Positions 56,169 to 64,000 of a stretch of 64,000 bases of DNA are shown here, in pieces. The position numbers were made by a program, and so were the translations under genes. A model generated the notes under the pieces. It was given only the letters and a program-made list of their open reading frames with translations, was not told the DNA's origin and searched no databases. The DNA lies in the NCBI RefSeq assembly GCF_009914755.1, contig NC_060927.1, one strand, 5' to 3'. This stretch comes from the human T2T-CHM13v2.0 reference genome, Homo sapiens. Within the stretch, counting starts at the first letter, position 1; every line of letters starts with the position of its first letter.

Positions 56169-59100
56169 AGTGGGGGGCAAGGGAGAGAGATCTACTAGCT
56201 ATAATAGTCGGGCAAAATTCATGCCAAGACACTCCATTTAAATTGACATTTGACAGATGAGAAAGAGCTGTCCAGGAAAGAAAGAGGGTGGAATGGTGGG
56301 ATGTTTTAGGTGGCACTGGGGGTAGAGAATTCCAGACAAAAAGAATAGCATGTTCAAAGGTCCTGAGATGTTCATTCACTCAACAAGTGTTTATTAAGAG
56401 TCTATTATGAGCCAGGCATTAGGCACTGGGGATTCAGTGGTGACCAGAACAGAAGCACTCCTTGTCTTCTTAGGGCTGTAAATCTGAAGGACCAATGGAG
56501 GATGTCAAGACACAGCAGCAGAGAAATCATTTTTGGCAAGGAGATGAAAGATAATCCAATTATATTATTTTTACTTCCTTAGTGGCTAATATGAGGCTCA
56601 ATGAAAAAACAAAAACATGTATTTTTTGTTAATTCAACAACCATTTATCCTCAACTTGGCCTGGGGGAAAAAGAGAAAAAAAAACTGACAGACAACCTTT
56701 TGTTATTCTTTATAATAATTATCTTTGCGTTATTCATCAAGGAGATGCTTCAAACTCAGTGAGAAGTGAAGTGAACTGAAATACAGAGATTTCACATTTA
56801 TTTAAATAACTCCTTAAGCCAAGCCATTTAAGTAGGGAAAAGAGGCAAAACCCAGAGAAGCAACAGCAGAAAATAACCACTTGTCTGATTGATTGTGTCT
56901 CAAGAACTGCAGAGCTGCTCTAGCAATGTAACCACCTTCTAGGAAGGTGCAGGATAACCACAAATACCTTCCATTTTAGTGAATTGTCTTTTTGCTCTGA
57001 ACATGCCAGTTTATTTGGGGTGAAGAAGTGATTCTTGTGGATAGGAGCATAAAGCCTTTTCTTTTATCACAGAAGCTAAGGTAGATTATTTCTGCCTTGA
57101 CTATTATCGGTGAGATTTTTCAGATAAGATCAATTTTGTTAATGATAATGCAGTTCATGGTGAAAAATAATCAGAGTTTAACTCTCAGACCCTGGATTGA
57201 GTTTACTAAGTGAAAATTTGAGGGGGAAAATGGAATTCTGATTTATAGCTCCCTTTTGAGTTTGATCATTTGAAAAAATTTAAAAAATAAATTCATATTC
57301 CAATGTATTTTCTGAATATGATAGACTTTGCTTACAGTATATTTCTTTGGAAATGCTGTTACCTAAGATTATTTATCAGTTAATAGCTTAAAACAAAATC
57401 TGGTAGGATGATTAAAATATAATTAATAATTCAGAGACTAGTTATGTCAAACTAACCTTAAATACACAAGAAGTCTTTTTCCAGCTCGTTGCTATATTTT
57501 GGGAATCTTGATATTTTATTTAGTATACTTGCTATACCTCTCAGATTCATATCAATTGCAAATTTGACAAGCCTGCAATCGGTCCCATGATTTCAGTCAC
57601 TGATAAAAATATTAAACAGGATAAGTCCTCAAATAGAGCTCTCTGCAAAGCTACTAGAAATACTGGATTTTATTGCTAAATAAATCAATACCCAATTACT
57701 TAATTTTGCCTACATCTAACTCTAAATCCTTCAAATTAGTCCGCAAGTTACTGATGAGAGGCCAAGTGCCTTGCATAAATCCAAACAAAACTTAGTAGGG
57801 ATTAAAAATAATCCCTGCATTTGGGTCAAAAATTCTAATGCACTTTTGAAAATATAGAAGTAAACTTGTTCACAGGAGAGCAACTACAATGATGAAGGGA
57901 ATCAGAACTATATCTTATACAGAACTGAAGTAGGAACTTGCAGAGGAGACAACATTTAATTCTTTTTGATAGTTTTACTTTTTCTATTATTTAAACAGCT
58001 TTCATATCAAGGAGAGGGTACTCTTGTTCAATATTACAGGTGACAAATTCAAATTTCCACAGGGGTTGGGCAGGCAATGTGAGTGAGGAAAGTCTCACTC
58101 TTTCACATTTCGTTCCTTGATAGAGACATGAGCACAAAATATATTGCCTTTCCTCTTATCTCTTTCATAAAAAGCCACTGTTCAAACTCAATACCCCATA
58201 GCAAATGGTCCCTAGGCTCAGTTTGGAGGTGTTGTGCCTGGGTTAAGGGGAGGGATAGCCGCTTCTTAATGCCAGCTTAATTGTTGTCAGAGGAGATGTA
58301 TCTACACTCTCCCAATATTCCTACATCTTCCAGTTTTTCCAAAAGAAACTAGAAATCTGGATTTTTATGCTAGTTCTCTTGATTTTTTAAAATTTGGACA
58401 ATAAATTTATATTTTTCTAAAAAACACTTTGCTAGTCAATACTGGGCAGGCACAACAATACATAGGCTGCTCCTGACTATGATTCCCACATGCTGGACCA
58501 GAACCAGTGACTTGAAGATATAGAGAAGCAGGCAAGAGATGAGGAAGAACTTGCCTCCTCAACTGCCCACCTTCTCCTGAGATCATCAGATCTAAGCAGA
58601 GCAACCTCATGTGATCATATTGGATATGATTTATATCTGTGACTGGATTACAGACCTTTAACTCCTTGTCTCACTTTGAGAGTCAATGGTTCCAAACAAA
58701 GCATTCTCTGGGGATTGAGGGGAGAAAATCAGTGGCTGGCAAGTTCTTGAGAGTGTTTGCCCGAAAGGTAGAATACGATCTCAGCTTTGCAAAATGATTG
58801 CCATTTGGAGGCAGATGACTTAGAGGGAATTTCTGGTTGACAAAACAGCAGGCACAAAAGAGTAAAGGTGGAAAGGAGAGTGGCCTGGGATGGGGGTCAC
58901 AATGAAAAGATTCTAATGGAATGGAGAGTTTATAGCAATTAAGCCTGGGGGTCACAACTGGCCATATCCAATTATGTTTGGCCATCACATGGTTTAAAAT
59001 AAAAATTGAACCTGAGGCACTTTTTGAGTGCATGTACCCTCCACTTACCTACTGACCCCGTCACTTCTTGTCTTGTATCCAGGACCACCACACAGTAACA

Positions 59101-59819
59101 TTACCCAACTGATCCCCAAAATTCTTAGATCTTCCACCCCAACAATAAATTTTGATTTTATGGAAATTTATTTTCCTGAGACAAGTTTATGTACATATAA
59201 ATTGAATACCTCTTGAGTAGTATTACATGGTTAGTAATTTGGAACTTAAAGAAAAAATAATATAAATGATAAATTTGAGGTTTGGGTTGCAGCTAGAGGA
59301 AAGTTTCATTTATATTTTTAGAAGTCCACACGTTAAGTGATAAATCTCATATTTGTCTGATTTGATAATCTGTTCCTATGGTTTGGGAGATGGATGTAAC
59401 TGTTCCACAAACATGGACACAATTCTGAGCAGGGATATTAGGGCTCCATCAGGTCTGGTTAGGCCTATCCTGTTCCAAGTCACCAAACTAATCAGTTAAA
59501 CAACTGGTTGGTTGGCCAAAGATTTCACTTTTCAGTCAATTGTCCTGGCATCAGAGACACATGCATTCCTAGAGTTTTACTCTCATCATTTAAAGTCAAG
59601 TTTTGCTGTCACACAAATACCTTATGCCTTTTACAAACATCCCTTCATTGGATTCTTACTATGTTCCTATCCATTCATTCATTAATAGATAGAGACCTAC
59701 CAACAATAAACGGCCAACTCTTATGCTAGTTATAGATGATCAGGATACAGCATAAATACAACTTACAACATCTATCAGGTGAGCAGGGAGATAATTTCAT
59801 TCCAATTAAAAATGCATTT

Positions 59820-61450
59820 ATTTCTTAAATCATTTTTATTACAGAAGTAAAATAGTAATGTATTTTCTGCCTTAAAGATTAAGGCTATGTAAAAGTATAT
59901 AGAGTAAAAACCCTTTTACTTACATTTATATGCATTGCTATACAGATATAATTTTTAAATAAATACTATTATACACTATACATTTTCAGAAACTTCGTTT
60001 TTTAACTTAAAATGTCTTAGAGGTTTTTTCAGGCCATAAATTTTTTTAAAGCTCCAAAGTGTGCCATTGTTTGTATGTAGCACAGTATATTTAATCTTTC
60101 TTATAGACATTTTGACTATTTACATTTTTTTGTTATTACAATGATACAGTGTATAAATATCTTTGTTGATGTAAGCAAATATTTTGTAAGGTAGATTGCT
60201 AGAAGTACCTTCACTGGGCACATTTAAATTTTGGCTGATACTGGCAAAAAGATTCTTGAAAACATTGAACATATCTATAGCTATACACACACAAGATCTA
60301 TAAAATACTATCTATTTCTTTATTGTTTCTAGGATTTGAATTTTATTTAGGAAGAGTATTAATATTCTAAAATTCTAAAATATGCTTCCAATGTTTTTGT
60401 AGTTTTTCTTAACATTGAGCTCTGTAATCCTTCTAGTTTCATTTTAGGAATGACGTGAATTAGGCATTTAACTTTTCTCCCAAAGGAATAGCCCATTGCC
60501 CCACACTATCTATTAAAACACCCAAACTGTTGCCTTTATATTGGAGGAACAATCTGGCTTAGGTTTCACATTCTTTCCCTCAGAAGTGAACATGTGCTGC
60601 CTTTCCATCTTCTGAAATTGAATGTCACTGTGGTCAAGTCGAAAGCCAACCTGATTATTTCTGCTCTTGTAAGTGACTTGAATTTTCTGCCTATGTGCTC
60701 CCATAATCCTTTCTTTAAGCTTGAAATTCAGTAACTTTTTCAGATTATCTTATGCTGTCGATGATTCCAAATGAAACTTTCCTGAAATCTAGTGGGTCCT
60801 TTATGTCTATCTATTTATTACATTGTTTCGGGAGAATATTGTTTTACACCATGTTCTTATGATATTTTTCCAAGTGTTTTCTTCTTCAAAACCATCCAAC
60901 TATCTGTCATTCATTTCTGTCATATTCTCTGGAGTCATTATATCTTTGTTCTTTTCTACTTTGTTTTGTGTTATTTCCCCAAATGCGTCTTCTATGTATT
61001 TAACAATATTTTCAGTGAAGTTCATTGTATTTTTGTGGCTTCTAGTGTCTTTTGTCTCTTTAGTGATTTTATTGATCTCTCCAACTTTTTCCCTGAGTAT
61101 TGCCAGCACACTTTTAATCTCCCTTAATTATTTTATATCTCTTCTATAAAATTTTGAACTTTGCTCTGAACATTTTTGTTTGCTTGATACTTAGGAGCAT
61201 TTGCTTGATGTTTATTGCTTCACACACACACACATATAGAGACAGAGAGATCCATATTTTCTGCAAGTCCTTCAGAATAATGGAGAACTCTTTGTCTACA
61301 ATTTTTCTGAAATACTTTGATGTATTTGTTTGGGGATTGTGGGCTCTTCTTTGGCTTAAATTCCCTCCATTATTTATAAAAAATTACTTTGCAGTTTTAA
61401 TGAATATATATTACTCCCTCCTTTTTGATTATAACTCATCTTTTTAAAAG
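59820..61450 (-). mobile_element. Ancient L1M fragments (antisense)
   Basis: T-rich strand with ORF1-like antisense motifs 'ttccctcagaa' and 'gccaacctgatt'. Confidence 0.55.
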
Positions 61451-61545
61451 CCTGACTATTATTTAAATAATTAAATAATAGTACAGGGAAAGGGGTGAAA
61501 TAGGGTAGAGTAAGCTGAGGCTCACTGCTGTTTTAATTTGGGTTT

Positions 61546-62001
61546 TGTCCTGGTTATCTAGTGTTGCAGAGCAAACCACCCCACAACTGAGTGACTTAAA
61601 ATAACAATCAGTTATTTTGTTCACATTTCTGCAAATTGGGCAGGGTGCAGTAGGTCCAGCTCATTTCTGCTCCACGTGGTATCAGCTGGGGCAGCTTGAA
61701 TGGGGTTGCAGGATCCACTTCAAAGATGGATCGCCCACATGTCTGGCAAGTCTTGCTGGCTGTCGCTCCCTCTCCAGGTGGAACTCTCCACAGACTGATT
61801 TGGCTTCCTCACAGCAAGGTGGCTGGGTTCCAAGAGTAAGTTCTCTAAGCGAGAGGAGGTGGAAGCTGCTAGTTACTAAAGGCCTGGACCTGGAAACTGG
61901 GACAGCATCCCTTCTGTATTCTTTACACTGAAGGTGGGGCATAGACCCATTTCTGGATAGGAGTGTCAATGAATTTGGGGGCTATGTTTTAAAACTGCCA
62001 C
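61546..62001 (-). mobile_element. MLT1H-like MaLR LTR
   Basis: Antisense MLT1 motifs 'aaaccaccccacaactgagtgacttaaaataacaa' and 'ttttaaaactgcca'. Confidence 0.8.
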
Positions 62002-63029
62002 TGGCTGTCTCAAGCATCTGTCACCAAATCTGTTATTTCCTTGCTATTGGGAATACATCTTTTTGTAGTTTATGGCATTCAAATTGAGGTGGCACAGAGA
62101 AAAACCCCCGAAGTTGCGGATGAATTATGTTTTAATTTGAAAACTTCTCCTTTTCTTCCATACAAATAGCCTCCAGCAGAGTCCTTGGCTAGGAAACCAG
62201 AATGTGTCAGCATGATTTCTATTTGGCTGCTGTTTTGAGGGGTCAGACTATTTTCCCCATTTTCCCCTGACCCATCTACCTGATCTTAACTGTGCTCTAA
62301 ACAGCAGAATATTGGATGCTCCTTTCAGTAGTATGATGTGCTATCAGGTCCGAGAGAAACAGACTTGGCTCAGCATCTTACCATCTCTTGTTTAAGATTT
62401 CACATTATTCAGCGGCAATACTTCATACTTAAATATTTCATAGTTTATAGTTTGGAGTTGTGAATACTTTCCTGTTTCAACGGCTATTTTTTTTCTATTT
62501 TTCAGTGTTTTTCTTAGTTTTAGTTTGTTTTCAGGGAGTCTAGTAGAATAAAACTATTTTATCCTGCTGTCTTAAGCAGAAGCTCCACATGATCTGTAGA
62601 ATAGGCTTAAAAATATATGTTGTGGTTTTAGAAGTGAGTTTACATTGAAGATATAGTTTACTTGTGGGAGAATTGGCTTTTGAATCTTGTCATCCTGTCT
62701 CATAGCAGCTCTCCTTATTGTTTGTGGTGTCTTTTTGGTCCTTTACTAAAGTTAAAATTTTTCTTCTCAGATATCTTGTACATTTATTATTTAATGTTAT
62801 TCTAATTATGTTAGATTTTTAAGATGCTATTATGAATAAAACTGTTTTCCATTACATGTTCTCATTAATTGTTGCTGAAGTCCTGGAAAGCTACTGACTT
62901 TTGTCTGTCAATCATCTGTCTAGCCAGATTTCCGATTTCTCTAATATTTTGCCATTTAAGTCTCTTGTATTTTCTAAGTAGACAATCATATCCGCTCATC
63001 TATTAAGTATTTTATTTTGATTTTCCCAG

Positions 63030-63282
63030 TTTTAAATTTTTTAATATTTTTATAGATTTAGGGGGTACAGGGGCAGATTTATTACATGTGTATATTGCAT
63101 AGCTGTGAAGCCTGGGCTTTTAGTGTATCCATCACCCAAATGGTGAACATTGTACCTAATAGGTAATTTTTCAGCCTCATTACCTTCCACCCTTCCACCT
63201 TTTGGAGTCTCTAATGTTTATTACTCCACTCTTTATGTCCACGTGTACCCATTATTTAGCTCCCATTTATAAGTGAGAATAA
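63030..63282 (-). mobile_element. L1PB-like 3' end
   Basis: Reads 'gatttagggggtaca...ttagtgtatccatcacccaaatggtgaacattgtacc...tttagctcccatttataagtgagaat'. Confidence 0.85.
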
Positions 63283-64000
63283 ACAGAAGTGCAAAGCACT
63301 GGGGAATGAGATAATCTCCTGAGACTTCTACTTCCCCATCTCTGCAGGAGACAGTGAGCCTGACAACATGCAGAGTACACCACTACTAAAACCTACAAAC
63401 AAGCAGCATTTGAGCAAGCCACTACACTAAGGCTATCTATAACCAAGGAATTCATACGGAGCCTTAGCCCCCACCCCAAGATCACAAATTAGCAAAGCCA
63501 AATGACCCTACCCAACATATGCAACAGTCACACTTTCAAGGGGAAAAATAAAGTCCCATTAAAATGAATGTAAATTCAAAAATAAGAAGTGACAGTTTCT
63601 CCAGATGAGAAGGAACCAACCAATTCTGTCACCATGAAAAAACAGTGTTGTAACACCCCTCAAGGATCACACTAGCTCTCTAGTGATGGATCTTATCCAA
63701 AATGAAAATTCTAAAATGACAGATAAAGAATTCAAAATATGGATCATAAGGGAGTTCAACGAGATCCAAGGGGAAGTTGAAAACCAATACAAAGAAATCT
63801 GAAAAACAATTCAAGATATGAATGAAAAATTTACTAGAGATAGATATTTAAAGAAAGCACAAAACTCTGGAAATGAAAAATTTACAGATGGAATTACAAA
63901 ATACAGTTGAAAGCTTTAACAATAGATTAGACAAAGCAGAAAAATTTCAAAGCTTGACTACATATCTTTTAAATTAACCCATTCAGACAAAAATAAAGCA
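63283..64000 (+). mobile_element. L1PB-like 5'UTR/ORF1 portion, running off the window
   Basis: 'cagatgagaaggaacca', 'aaggatcacactagctctc' and 'aatgacagataaagaattcaaaatatggat' are typical of older primate L1 ORF1 starts. Confidence 0.75.

Larger units (their letters stand above)
55820..56490 (-). mobile_element. L2 fragments interrupted by MER53 and (TG)n
   Basis: Contains 'ctcaacaagtacatactgagtatctac', 'attccagacaaaaagaatagcatg' and 'ttcattcactcaacaagtgtttatt'. Confidence 0.7.

Overview
This is primate (most likely human) genomic DNA from inside the SLC9A9 (NHE9, endosomal Na+/H+ exchanger) gene, which runs on the minus strand. Two coding exons are present, 5155-5293 and 658-763 (probably exons 7 and 8). 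They are joined by a 4.4-kb minor-spliceosome (U12) AT-AC intron. The remaining ~58.7 kb is one large upstream intron filled with repeats (MIR, L2, L3, old L1, Alu, solo LTRs, Tigger/hAT relics). It contains a UBTD2-derived processed pseudogene split by a full-length, inactivated L1PA4-like element and by an AluSc. That L1 keeps an open antisense ORF0 whose second splice donor is in the same phase as the SLC9A9 exon acceptor at 5293, which predicts a possible in-frame ORF0-NHE9 fusion (hypothesis only). No prokaryotic-type system (CRISPR, operon, rRNA/tRNA) is present. Gene, protein and repeat-family names come from recall of known sequences, not from database searches, and boundaries of old repeats are approximate.
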